IMG/VR virus record: IMGVR_UViG_3300044530_001128 | Location: 1,186-65,185 of that record | Direction: 5' to 3' (one strand) | DNA: 64,000 nt | From: a virus | Lineage: Duplodnaviria > Caudoviricetes | Position numbers and translations under genes: made by a program | Notes under the pieces: generated by a model | The model's database searches: none | The model's input: the letters and a program-made list of their open reading frames with translations, nothing else | Told to the model about the DNA's origin: nothing | Shown: positions 9,981 to 19,397 of the stretch, one piece after another | Layout of the letters: every line of letters starts with the position of its first letter | Position numbering within the stretch: position 1 is the stretch's first letter

Positions 9981-12184
9981 TGACTACCACCAGCATTAGC
10001 GTAACCCCGGGCGCAGACTGGACTTGGGCCACGGCTACATGGCCGTGGGACGATGCGTACGCAGGGGCCTTTTGGTCCGCTGCGTACCCCGGGGACTACA
10101 CGCTCGATGCTGGAGAATTTGTTGCGTCGCAGGGCAATTACCTGCAACTCAGCGGCGCGGCCGTAGGGACTTATCCCACAGATTTCCCTGCGGGTACTTA
10201 TACCGCTATGACTTTCGAGGGGTGGTTTCGCACCAACGCAGCGCAGACAGGCGGCCCCACTGTTATGGTTATCGGGGCCATCAACAATTTCCTGTCGTTC
10301 AGTAACGATGTCCCCAATCGTCTACGCGTCAAGGTAGGCTCAGCCAATACCTTGGCGTACCTAGCGATCACCACTGGTGCGTGGTACCACGTTGCAGTGA
10401 CGTATGATGCTAACGCTTTAGACGGTAACATTTTCAAAGTATATCTTAACGGGGCGTTAGCCTCGTCCAGCACTCTTGCATGGGCGTCTTACACCCCGGC
10501 GGCCGGGGCTAAGGTATTGTTGCCCGCCTCCGCTACTTATACAGGGGCTCTACGAGGTGTGCGGATATGGAACTACGCCCGTTCGCAGAAAGAGATCAAT
10601 GACTGGCGGTTCCGTAACGCCAATAGTCTTGACCCGCGCCTGCTGTTCCATGTTCCCGTCATTCAGGATGACCATCAGAACGAGAAACAGGCGGCTACGG
10701 CTAATCAATTAAAAGTAACGGACACTATGGCTTCTCCGTGGAGCCTCGTGCGTTCCACTAAAACTAATAACGCCGCCACTGATCCGCTAGGCGGCAACAC
10801 TGCTATTAAACTTGCGGTGGATGCGTCGGGCACTACCTCCCATTATGTGCGCTATCAGGCAACAGCCGACGTAGATTTGTGGACTTTTGAAGTCTTTGTT
10901 AAGGCCGCAGAAATGCGATACGTGTGGCTTGCCATCGACCTCGGCTTTATCGGCGGCGGCAATCAGTATCTATTCTTTGACATGTTGACAGGAGTATTCA
11001 CCACTGCCCCGGACTCCCGGTATCCCTATTACTCTTCGTTGGATGTCGGGAATGGGTGGTATGTGCTTACCCTGACTGGAAATATCGTGAATGCCGTTGC
11101 AGATTATCTCTACATCGGCGCGGCCGACACGCCCACAAGTACGGTCACTACCGCAGCGGTCGGCTCTGGCATCTACGTGTGGGGTCCCCAATGGGAGAAG
11201 GGTTTCCCCACGCCGTATGCCGCAAACCCTACCAGTACGGCTGGCGGCACTCCGCGCACCGCAGATCGGCCCGCTATTGGAACTAACACGTTTGGGCAGG
11301 ACGGCGGGGGTATCGATGCCGTCTACAAGGATACCGTGAAAGGTAACTTTGCCGAGACACTAACTCTTGCCGAAGTAGGATGGCGCGGACCCGAGGGTAA
11401 CTACCCCGAGACGCTGGCCGTTGCCGAAGTGTACAGCGATTTGTTCAACGCGATCATGAATATCGGAGAGACGGTCAATTTTGCAGACGTTTGCAAAAAA
11501 GACGCCAGTATTATCAAGGCCGAGGTAATGGCTCTCGCGGAAGTTATTCGTAAAGGACCGGGATTGAATGTAGGCGAAACACTCGCCCTTGCGGAGAGTT
11601 ATACCGCAGCCGCAGGCTTCATACGCGTTATCGCGGAAACGCTGAACATAGTTGACGCGGTTCGTAAAAATCCCACCAAGAATGTTCCAGAACTTCTACG
11701 AGCGATTGACTACATTCTACGCAAAGGGGATGGCGTACTAGCCGACGCGTCCTTCGAGAATGTATTCCTTACCCCGGAAGCGTTCATTGCTAGGTTTGTT
11801 GATCCAGTGCCGCCGGGATACACTGGCTGGACGCAATTTCTGCCGGGTGATTACGAGTACAAAACCGCCCTAGTTGAAACTAAGCTCATTAGGGAGCATT
11901 TGACGCAGGACACCCGACTTACCCGCTCAGAGATACGAGCCGATATGCCCGACTTGCTGGAGAGCGGGGAATACACGGTGGCGTTGACTTCTGGCACCGA
12001 GACGGTATCGCTTACCAAACCGTTTACTGCGGTAAACGATGTGCAGATCACAGGTGTATCGGGGGCGGTGGTTACTACCCCTCGGGTGCCCAGCTACACG
12101 ACTACAGGCTTCAACATCGAACTTAGAGACTCGGCTAATGTACGCCAAGTCGGCGTTATCCGTTATACTGTGAGGGGGTACTAG
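9980..12184 (+). CDS. LamG/concanavalin-like domain tail protein
   Basis: TFEGWFR...WYHVAVTYD...VYLNG...VRIWNYARS LamG signature; E-T-L-x-L-A-E repeats in the C-terminal half. Confidence 0.8.
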   Translation: MTTTSISVTPGADWTWATATWPWDDAYAGAFWSAAYPGDYTLDAGEFVASQGNYLQLSGAAVGTYPTDFPAGTYTAMTFEGWFRTNAAQTGGPTVMVIGAINNFLSFSNDVPNRLRVKVGSANTLAYLAITTGAWYHVAVTYDANALDGNIFKVYLNGALASSSTLAWASYTPAAGAKVLLPASATYTGALRGVRIWNYARSQKEINDWRFRNANSLDPRLLFHVPVIQDDHQNEKQAATANQLKVTDTMASPWSLVRSTKTNNAATDPLGGNTAIKLAVDASGTTSHYVRYQATADVDLWTFEVFVKAAEMRYVWLAIDLGFIGGGNQYLFFDMLTGVFTTAPDSRYPYYSSLDVGNGWYVLTLTGNIVNAVADYLYIGAADTPTSTVTTAAVGSGIYVWGPQWEKGFPTPYAANPTSTAGGTPRTADRPAIGTNTFGQDGGGIDAVYKDTVKGNFAETLTLAEVGWRGPEGNYPETLAVAEVYSDLFNAIMNIGETVNFADVCKKDASIIKAEVMALAEVIRKGPGLNVGETLALAESYTAAAGFIRVIAETLNIVDAVRKNPTKNVPELLRAIDYILRKGDGVLADASFENVFLTPEAFIARFVDPVPPGYTGWTQFLPGDYEYKTALVETKLIREHLTQDTRLTRSEIRADMPDLLESGEYTVALTSGTETVSLTKPFTAVNDVQITGVSGAVVTTPRVPSYTTTGFNIELRDSANVRQVGVIRYTVRGY

Positions 12185-12187
12185 GCA

Positions 12188-13222
12188 ATGCAAAGCTTCA
12201 CTGTTCTGGCGACGAGCGACACGCTTTCCACCAGTCGCACGTACCTGAATGACAACTTCACGACGCTGAATTCGAACAACTCAGGCACGTCGTTCCCCGC
12301 TACCAATCTCGTCGTCGGTATGTTCTGTTACCGCACCGATTTGGGGGCCACGTACCAACTCAAGTCCACCGGCCCCTCCGTATGGGTGCTGATGTTCGAC
12401 AACGACGAGACGTACCTGTCCCAGCAGGGTGGCGATGCTCGCTACGCCTACGATTACGCAAGTACGGTTGCTAAGTTGGGGTTCGCTCCCGCCAACAAGA
12501 CCGGCGATACGTTCACCGGCCCTGTGGTGGTGCAGGCCCCGGTGGCTGCTGACGCAGCGTCCTATGTGCTTGCTGACGGCGGCTACAACGCGTTTGTGCT
12601 GTTCGGTACCCGTGCGTCGCTCATGCGTTGGGGCATATTCAAGAATGCCATCGCGGAAGGCGGCAGCAACGCCGGTTCCAATCTGCAGATCGCCCGGTAC
12701 AATGACGCCGGGTCCTATCTGGGCCTGCCATTCGAAATCACTCGCTCGACTGGTAGGGTGACATTCGAAACCGCGCCCTACGTCGGCGCAGACAAAATCT
12801 GGCATCAAGGCAATGACGGTGCCGCCTCGGGGCTGGACGCCGACACCATCGACGGGGTGGACAGCGCTACCCTTCTGATGACGGGCACCGAGAAACAGAC
12901 CACCGCCCGTATCTACCCGGCCGTGACCGCGCTGACTGACGGCGCGACCATCACATGGAACCTGTCGCTTGGGCCTATGGCTACTGTGACGCTCGGCGGC
13001 AACCGCACGCTGGCGTTCTCCGGTACGATCCGCGCCGGTACCTATGTCCTCAAGGTGAAACAGGACGCCACGGGTAGCCGTACGCTGGCCTACCCCGCCA
13101 CGGTCAAGACTGCTGGCGCGGCGGGTATCACGCTATCCACCGGGGTCAACAAAGAGGACATCATCACGTTCGTGTCGGACGGCACGAACATGTATGCCGT
13201 CTGCGTTAACGACTTGAGGTAG
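12188..13222 (+). CDS. Tail fibre protein
   Basis: PANKTGDTFTG, IWHQGNDGAASGLDADTIDG and VKQDATGSRTL motifs typical of fibre shafts. Confidence 0.85.
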   Translation: MQSFTVLATSDTLSTSRTYLNDNFTTLNSNNSGTSFPATNLVVGMFCYRTDLGATYQLKSTGPSVWVLMFDNDETYLSQQGGDARYAYDYASTVAKLGFAPANKTGDTFTGPVVVQAPVAADAASYVLADGGYNAFVLFGTRASLMRWGIFKNAIAEGGSNAGSNLQIARYNDAGSYLGLPFEITRSTGRVTFETAPYVGADKIWHQGNDGAASGLDADTIDGVDSATLLMTGTEKQTTARIYPAVTALTDGATITWNLSLGPMATVTLGGNRTLAFSGTIRAGTYVLKVKQDATGSRTLAYPATVKTAGAAGITLSTGVNKEDIITFVSDGTNMYAVCVNDLR

Positions 13223-13228
13223 GCCGCT

Positions 13229-14005
13229 ATGCTCATGCAAACCCCGATGGGATTTTTCGGAAAGACGGAATTCAAGGTTTCCGTCACCACGGCCATCAGC
13301 CAGACCAGTTTGCGTACGCTTGCAAATAATGCAGGGTACGGCGGCGGCGGACCCTGCACGATCACGATCACTGGTACGGGCTCGATAAAGTCGAACTCTA
13401 CCGCCACTCCTTCGCTCACGCGAGGTACGTGGCCCGCAGGTGTCGTACCGACGTTGATCATACTGTCAGGCGGCAAAATCGAAGGCTGCGACGGAGCCCA
13501 CGGCAACGGCGGCGCTGGTGGAATATTCGGTGTTGCAGACGCGTCTAATGGCGGTGCTGGCGGCGCTGGCGGCCTTGCCCTGTCTGTCGACAGTGATGTC
13601 ACCATCGACAATGCTGGCCTTATAAACGGAGGCAAGGGAGGCGGTGGCGGTGGCGGCGGCGGGAACTGGACAGGGACCAGCACACCCGACCCCTTGAGTG
13701 TCTACGCTCAAGGCGGGGCGGGAGGCAACGCGCCGGGCGGGACTGGCGTAGCAGGTTCCGTAAACACCAATGGCCCTCTTACCTCCACAGGAGGCACCGG
13801 AGGCAACGCTGGTGCGCAAGGCGCAGCGGGAGGCGCTGGCGGCGCTGGAAGTAACGGTGGCACGGGCTCCTCCTCCGGTGGCGGCACGGATACTTGGGGC
13901 ACCATCGGCCTTGGGGGCTCGGGCGGGGCCGGGGGCGGGGCCGTAGTCGGCAACGCTTTTATCACATGGCTCGCCACCGGTACGCGCAATGGCAGCATCA
14001 CGTAA
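13229..14005 (+). CDS. Glycine-rich tail fibre tip/adhesin (T-even gp38-like)
   Basis: IDNAGLINGG.GGGGGGGG and GGAGG repeats; follows the fibre gene. Confidence 0.7.
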   Translation: MLMQTPMGFFGKTEFKVSVTTAISQTSLRTLANNAGYGGGGPCTITITGTGSIKSNSTATPSLTRGTWPAGVVPTLIILSGGKIEGCDGAHGNGGAGGIFGVADASNGGAGGAGGLALSVDSDVTIDNAGLINGGKGGGGGGGGGNWTGTSTPDPLSVYAQGGAGGNAPGGTGVAGSVNTNGPLTSTGGTGGNAGAQGAAGGAGGAGSNGGTGSSSGGGTDTWGTIGLGGSGGAGGGAVVGNAFITWLATGTRNGSIT

Positions 14006-14045
14006 AGTACGCTACAATCTCTAACCCTAACAGGAGTGACCTATC

Positions 14046-14933
14046 ATGTCTCCACTGGACGATCTTAACAAGCCTGTATCGGCCGACGAGTTCTTCAACA
14101 CCGATCTGGCCGCGAGGAAGATTTCCGATTTCGACTACGCCGCCGCCGCGCAGCTTGTGCCCTGCGACGAGCCCACGATCCGGACGGTTGTGCAGGTCGA
14201 AGCGGGCAGCGAAGGCTACCTGTCCGATGGCCGCCCCAAGATTTTGTACGAAGCTCACTACTTCGGACATCTGACGCAGCACCGTTTCGCGCAGTATAGC
14301 AATATCTCAGCGTACTCGTGGGATCGCAGCCTGTACGGCGCTGCCGGGGCGAACCAGTACCGTCGCCTAGAAGCTGCGATGGCGCTGGACGCCGACGCGG
14401 CGCTACGCTCCTGTTCTTGGGGCCTGCCCCAAATCATGGGCGACAACTACAAGATGCTCGGCTACGACACGGTCAACGCCATGGTCCGGTCGGCCGTGCG
14501 CTCGGCTCGCGATCAATTGCTGCAGTTCGTGCGGTTCATCAAGGCCAACGGCCTCGCTGACGAGTTGCAGGAACAGCGCTGGGCAGACTTCGCCCGGGTG
14601 TACAACGGCCCCGGCTACGCGCAGAACGCGTATGACACGAAGCTGGAACAGGCTCACCGCACGATGGTCGCCCGGTTCTCGGGCAACATGATGATCGCCA
14701 ACGACAAGGTTGCGACCGGCGCGAGCGGAGCCGACGTACACCGCATGCAGGTCATGCAGGCACAGACCGTCCTCAACGCCGAGGCGTACGCCTACCCGGC
14801 CCTCACCGTGGACGGCTATCTCGGGGCGAAGACCGCCGCCGCGCTGCGCCAGTTCCAACTGCATTCGGGCCTCCCGGGCACCGGCCAACTGGATTGGTAT
14901 ACCCAGAAAGCGCTCGGTATCGTGCAGGGATAA
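14046..14933 (+). CDS. Endolysin: N-acetylmuramidase (DUF3380-type) plus C-terminal peptidoglycan-binding domain
   Basis: ILYEAHYF, SWGLPQIMGDNY, FARVYNGPGY..N.YD motifs; C-terminal VDGYLGAKTAAALRQFQ. Confidence 0.93.
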   Translation: MSPLDDLNKPVSADEFFNTDLAARKISDFDYAAAAQLVPCDEPTIRTVVQVEAGSEGYLSDGRPKILYEAHYFGHLTQHRFAQYSNISAYSWDRSLYGAAGANQYRRLEAAMALDADAALRSCSWGLPQIMGDNYKMLGYDTVNAMVRSAVRSARDQLLQFVRFIKANGLADELQEQRWADFARVYNGPGYAQNAYDTKLEQAHRTMVARFSGNMMIANDKVATGASGADVHRMQVMQAQTVLNAEAYAYPALTVDGYLGAKTAAALRQFQLHSGLPGTGQLDWYTQKALGIVQG

Positions 14934-14959
14934 TTCCCTCGCTGGTCCCACAATAAATG

Positions 14960-15000
14960 TTGACAAACCGAAGGCTACCACTACTATGAGTGGTAGCCTT
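14960..15000 (+). promoter_or_regulatory. Sigma70-like promoter overlapping a hairpin/terminator
   Basis: TTGACA (14960)-16 bp-TACTAT (14982); inverted repeat AAGGCTACCACT/AGTGGTAGCCTT at 14971-15000. Confidence 0.55.
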
Positions 15001-15061
15001 TAATGTTTCTAACACGGACACATAAGTCCTATTTGCAAACGAATGCAAACGCAGGCCGCCC

Positions 15062-15337
15062 GTGACTATCTTCGACATACCCATTAAAGAGTGGATCGCG
15101 TTATATGGTCCTCTAGGAGCGCTAGCTATTTCTGGCTGGGCGGTCGCTATCATTGGCATTCGCACCCTGTGGGCCGCGTGGCAGAAGGACAACGCCCACA
15201 ATAACACTATCATAGCGAAGCAGACAGAGAGTCTGCAGCGTCTTTCCGACACTGTTGAGAGGTTCGGTAACGATCAGCGGGAACTGATCATTATCGTACG
15301 CAGCATGTCGTTGAATAGAGGCCATGGGGGCCGATAA
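15062..15337 (+). CDS. Single-TM membrane protein, holin/antiholin candidate
   Basis: N-terminal hydrophobic helix plus coiled coil; lies in the lysis cassette. Confidence 0.6.
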   Translation: MTIFDIPIKEWIALYGPLGALAISGWAVAIIGIRTLWAAWQKDNAHNNTIIAKQTESLQRLSDTVERFGNDQRELIIIVRSMSLNRGHGGR

Positions 15338-15588
15338 TGCCAAAGGTAGGCTTCTGGAAAATAGTCGGCGCGTCTCTCTTGGGGGAAAAACACGCTGTCG
15401 ATCTTATGCGCAAGATGCCAGAGGAGCGGGAGTACAAGGACCGCAAACTTGCGGCAGCTAACGCGTTGGTCCGAAGCGATGGTGTGGTGGCGCAGGCCCG
15501 ACAAATGAGACAAGAGCGTGGGCAGATCGACCGCGTATTGGTCGATGCGGGGTGGGTATTCCGACCCAAGAGTAATGAGGGCGACTGA
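15337..15588 (+). CDS. Hypothetical protein
   Basis: TAATG translational coupling in the lysis cassette. Confidence 0.6.
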   Translation: MPKVGFWKIVGASLLGEKHAVDLMRKMPEEREYKDRKLAAANALVRSDGVVAQARQMRQERGQIDRVLVDAGWVFRPKSNEGD

Positions 15589-15592
15589 TCCA

Positions 15593-16003
15593 ATGGACAC
15601 CATATTCTCTCTTAAAGACCTGATAGGCGTATCACAAGTCTGGACCGCCGTCTTCGGTGTGGTCATTGCGGTATTTGCTACCTGCCGACTACTGTGGGTG
15701 CGCTACGCGGAACGCCGGGAGGTTGATCCCGACGCCCGCAACTTCCTGTACGGCGTGATCCTGACGTGGATACTCATAGCGGCCCTGTACATCCGCATGA
15801 CGCTACTGCGGGCTTACCCGGAAGAGGCGGACTACCTGTACACTCACTGGAGTGTCGCTGTATTCATCTTCACGGGTACCGTCGCAGGGATCATCCATTT
15901 CCGCTTGTTCACTCGCAGCTTCGCTCGCGAGTGGGGATGGATCGGGCTACTCGTTAGCACGCTCCTCCTCTGCTACGCCGTGTACCCCACGGTGCCGGTA
16001 TGA
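15593..16003 (+). CDS. Four-TM membrane protein (holin candidate)
   Basis: Four hydrophobic segments; ATG at 15593. Confidence 0.6.
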   Translation: MDTIFSLKDLIGVSQVWTAVFGVVIAVFATCRLLWVRYAERREVDPDARNFLYGVILTWILIAALYIRMTLLRAYPEEADYLYTHWSVAVFIFTGTVAGIIHFRLFTRSFAREWGWIGLLVSTLLLCYAVYPTVPV

Positions 16004-16446
16004 AGCGCGCGTTCGGGATATGGGTACAGAATTTTTTCGCCGTAGGCGACCCGGAATGGGCGTGGCGGCGTAGGTGCGCTCTATCCGCCATGATGCTGGC
16101 ATTCTTTATGATGATCTATGGCACGCTGTACGAGCCCCATTTCGACCGGTTCTCCAAACTGCTGGACATCGGGTGGATGATGGTTAGCTCCGTTATGACG
16201 ATCTACGTCGGCGGGGCGGTCGTGGACACCATCAATAAGCGCAACACTGCGGCGGCCCCGCTCATTGCAGCGGCTACCGTCCCCACGACTATCAGCGGCG
16301 GGCTGGTCAACTCCAGCGGCCCCACGAATGTCGCCCAGCAGGGTGGCGTGGTAAGCCCCGCTCTTCCCCCTAACGCCGTGGGCATCGGAGGTCCCGGCCT
16401 TCCTCCAGTTCCTCGTGGCAGCACACCTGTGGGAGTATCCGCATAA
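16000..16446 (+). CDS. Two-TM holin-like protein
   Basis: W..RRR followed by two TM helices and YVGGAVVD, with a Pro/Gly-rich tail; directly upstream of the spanins. Confidence 0.65.
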   Translation: MKRAFGIWVQNFFAVGDPEWAWRRRCALSAMMLAFFMMIYGTLYEPHFDRFSKLLDIGWMMVSSVMTIYVGGAVVDTINKRNTAAAPLIAAATVPTTISGGLVNSSGPTNVAQQGGVVSPALPPNAVGIGGPGLPPVPRGSTPVGVSA

Positions 16447-17096
16447 TGCCGTTCAAGTACATCGCCATAGGAGTCGGCGTCATCGTCCTCCTGTTCGGCA
16501 TCTATCAGTCCCGGGTTGCCATCCAAGGATGGGTGGACGACTATATCTCCAAGGTGTCCGAAGCTGCAGTGAAAGAGGAAGCCCTCAAGGTTTCCTCTGC
16601 GGCCAACCAAGACCTGATCGACCGCATGAATGCGGTGACCAAGGGCTTAAAGGAAACCGAGGAGAAGGTTGCCACGCTGCAGACGAAGTACGCCAACAGT
16701 CAGGCCGTCATCGTCCGCCTTCAAGGTCGCCTGCAACAGTTGGACGTGAAAGGACTGGCGAATGCGAACCCTAGCAATCTGGGTGACAAGCTTACTGCTG
16801 ATACCAATGGGACTATCGGGCTGCTCCGGCAAGAAGGACGCATTTCAGACGTTCTACGCCCCGGCAAAGACAGACCCGGTTCCGATCCAGCACCCGCCCC
16901 TGCCAGCGGACCTCCGACTGCAGTCAATGCCGGGCAAGTGGGTCGTCCTTACTCCCGACGCCGTCGTGGAAATGGTACGCCCGCTGGATGCCAACCTCGC
17001 AGAAAGCATCCGCCTCTTCTTCGTCAAGCATCCCGACAAGACCTTCCTCCTGTTGGCTATTACCGAGGAGCAATACAAGGCACTCGGGGCCAATAA
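16446..17096 (+). CDS. Inner-membrane spanin (Rz-like)
   Basis: N-terminal TM anchor plus coiled coil; overlapped by a lipoprotein gene in another frame. Confidence 0.8.
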   Translation: MPFKYIAIGVGVIVLLFGIYQSRVAIQGWVDDYISKVSEAAVKEEALKVSSAANQDLIDRMNAVTKGLKETEEKVATLQTKYANSQAVIVRLQGRLQQLDVKGLANANPSNLGDKLTADTNGTIGLLRQEGRISDVLRPGKDRPGSDPAPAPASGPPTAVNAGQVGRPYSRRRRGNGTPAGCQPRRKHPPLLRQASRQDLPPVGYYRGAIQGTRGQ

Positions 17097-17160
17097 CCTA
17101 GAGATCGCCCGATACCTGCGGGACCTCAATACGCTGATCGCGTACTACAGGAAGCTCTAA
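16762..17160 (+). CDS. Outer-membrane spanin lipoprotein (Rz1-like)
   Basis: Signal peptide with lipobox LSGC, Pro-rich segment, RBS GAAAGGA; overlaps the i-spanin gene. Confidence 0.8.
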   Translation: MRTLAIWVTSLLLIPMGLSGCSGKKDAFQTFYAPAKTDPVPIQHPPLPADLRLQSMPGKWVVLTPDAVVEMVRPLDANLAESIRLFFVKHPDKTFLLLAITEEQYKALGANNLEIARYLRDLNTLIAYYRKL

Positions 17161-17261
17161 GAAACTCTTTGCATTCGTTTGCAAACGGGTGTAAAGTCCA
17201 AAGGTCGGGATGAGCCGACGTGAATTGTAGCCAAAACCTTCAACGTTAAAGGATGATCACC

Positions 17262-18614
17262 ATGCCTCCCGCCGCAATCCTCCAAGAAGCCGATGTCCAG
17301 AACCATCCCGGGCCGCTCTTCAATACGTTGAAGGCGAATGCCATCGCGGACGGCCGTATGGCCCTGACGTTTGGCTTGGCCGAGAAGCCCGTCGTTACGG
17401 ACATCACGGACAGCACCACCGGCACCAGCGATGGCACGATCAAGGCCGTCACGATCCCGGCGGCCTACACCACCGCTGGCACCGACTGCGCGCCGAAAGC
17501 GGCCTTCGACACGGCGACGGGCAAGATCGACGACGCGATGGAAGCCCTCGCGACCGAGATCAACAAGGCCCGCGCCAAGCTGCTGCTCCCGCTGATCGTG
17601 TTCACGGGCACCCCGGCCACCTCGGCGACCATGCCTGCGCTGGACAAGGCGCTGGCCGCCGTCACCGGCACCACCGTCTGTATCGACCAGACCACCGGCC
17701 GCGCGGTCCTGACGGGCCTGCGGAACAACCTCGCCACCTTCGGCGTGGCGCTCAACGAGGTCATGGCCGCCTGCGGGCGTGCGGCCATCGTAGACAACTC
17801 CGGGGGCACGGCCAGCGCCACCCTCACGCTGTACGAACCCGTCGCCACGGCTGCGGGCAATGACGGCACCGCGCTGCAAACCCTGTCCGACACCGCAGTC
17901 GATGCCGCCCTCACGGCCATCGCTGACAGCCTCGCCGGCCTCGCGGTCAAGTTCAACGCGGCTGGCGGCACCGACGTTATGATCCGCGCCTCGCTGACGG
18001 ACAGCAGCACTGGCACGGTTCGGACGGCTCTCCCGTCCATGCCGGTCGTGGGCAAGTTCACGGTCACGGCTACCGACGCGGCGCAGAAAACGTCGTTCGA
18101 CACCATGACGGCGGCTGCGTGGAATGGGGCCAAGGCCCTTGCCGAACACGTCAACATGGCGAGGCGAGTGCTGGACCTGCCGCTGGTCGTCTACTCCGGG
18201 GCACCCGCCACGTATGGCACCATCCCCTCGCAGACCAAGGCGGTGACGGCCAGCGACGGCTCGGGCAACGCCGCAGTCGAGGGCGTGACGGCGCGCACCC
18301 AGATCGATGTCATGCGCAACAACATGGCGACGCTCGCTCGCGCGACCTACGAAGTCCTGTCGGCGGTCGGTGCCAGTGTGCGGCCCATCGACAACAGCGG
18401 CGGCAACAAGGCCACCGGCTTCGCCCTCACGGCCAACGTCGCCACCGGCACGGGTGTCGATGGCCTCGCGTCCACCACCGTCTCCAAGGCCGCCGTCGAT
18501 GTGGTGGCTACGGCCTACGCGGATGGACTCGCTACCCTTGCGTCGGCGCTCAACAGCGCCTTCGGCAAGAGCGTGTCCGCCGAGAACTACGCCAAGGTCG
18601 TCTACGTCGGCTAA
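17262..18614 (+). CDS. Ala/Thr-rich internally repeated protein, probable head fibre/virion appendage
   Basis: Two ~200-aa repeats each with three D[ST]xxG...LA..[IFLV]N sub-repeats; strong C/G-ending codon bias; own promoter and terminator. Confidence 0.6.
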   Translation: MPPAAILQEADVQNHPGPLFNTLKANAIADGRMALTFGLAEKPVVTDITDSTTGTSDGTIKAVTIPAAYTTAGTDCAPKAAFDTATGKIDDAMEALATEINKARAKLLLPLIVFTGTPATSATMPALDKALAAVTGTTVCIDQTTGRAVLTGLRNNLATFGVALNEVMAACGRAAIVDNSGGTASATLTLYEPVATAAGNDGTALQTLSDTAVDAALTAIADSLAGLAVKFNAAGGTDVMIRASLTDSSTGTVRTALPSMPVVGKFTVTATDAAQKTSFDTMTAAAWNGAKALAEHVNMARRVLDLPLVVYSGAPATYGTIPSQTKAVTASDGSGNAAVEGVTARTQIDVMRNNMATLARATYEVLSAVGASVRPIDNSGGNKATGFALTANVATGTGVDGLASTTVSKAAVDVVATAYADGLATLASALNSAFGKSVSAENYAKVVYVG

Positions 18615-18722
18615 GGCGCACGAGACAGCTAGGACTAGGAAAAAGTCCACGCCCAAAAACGTGAACCGAACGGCCTAACCTGCTGTATGCCCGTCTTGGG
18701 CGTTTCCTCCCTAACCTAAACA

Positions 18723-18759
18723 CCCCCGGACCTGAGACATGGTCCGGGGGTTTTCTTTT
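18723..18759 (+). terminator. Intrinsic terminator
   Basis: CCCCCGGACC-loop-GGTCCGGGGG followed by TTTTCTTT. Confidence 0.85.
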
Positions 18760-18802
18760 GCAACCACTTGCAATCCCCTAGATACCGTGCTTATAATTAT
18801 CT

Positions 18803-19130
18803 CGTTCGCGGGGATTAGCGGTACTTAGTAAAACCTACCGAACGCCAACTGATCGGAGGAACGTTATGAAGTTCATCGACACCTACTAGGTTTTCCTGGC
18901 GCCGTCACAGTTCGATCGCATAATCAGACCCGTTAGGCGGATTGATCACCGCCACGAACCGCCGCCCATGGAGGGCACCTCCCCGATGATCTGGCGTTAT
19001 ACTTAGGGGCGTACGCGTACCGGGAAACCGGACAGAGCCCCCCTTTCAAATCTCCTCATCCGACGAATAGGCTGGCGTGTAGCTCCGGCCCGAAGCCCCC
19101 GCAGGAGCGTACCTTGCGGGGGCTTCGTTA
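18803..19130 (+). ncRNA. Putative ~330-nt structured RNA containing a 7-codon minigene
   Basis: TTGCAA-18-TATAAT (18792) upstream, terminator hairpin 19091-19127, several stems, no long ORF. Confidence 0.5.
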
Positions 19131-19212
19131 GTTCTAGGGCTACCCCGGACCCCCGTGAAAGCATGGAGACAAACCCCTTGTAATTCACATGGACGGCTGC
19201 TATATTATATTT

Positions 19213-19330
19213 CTGCCGCCGGGGAGCGTTACTCGCATTCCGTACCCGGGTGGCCTTGCGGGCGACGAGGGGATTGCAGTCCTGCCCGCACGGGGGCGGT
19301 ACCTTAAGAGGGCCGCCCCCGTCTCTTTAT
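19213..19330 (+). ncRNA. Putative ~115-nt small RNA
   Basis: TTGTAA (19178)-17-TATATT (19201) promoter; two GC stems; terminator GGGGGCGG/CCGCCCCC plus TCTCTTT. Confidence 0.5.
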
Positions 19331-19397
19331 TACCCCCCATTTGCTAACCTGATGGCGAGCCCTTATACTTTTGCAATCGTCTGCAAACGAGCGAGCC

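Noticed and set aside
9980-14005. Diversity-generating retroelement or invertible tail-fibre cassette
   Set aside because: No reverse transcriptase, TR/VR pair, invertase or inverted fibre segments were seen
17157-18656. 499-aa minus-strand ORF (also 20611..22215, 33937..35316, 37093..38223, 41438..42736)
   Set aside because: Antisense shadows of strongly codon-biased + strand genes, with no recognisable motifs
18800-19330. tRNA or tmRNA genes
   Set aside because: No cloverleaf with a TTCRA T-loop and CCA end, and no tag reading frame ending in AA; kept only as unknown ncRNA candidates
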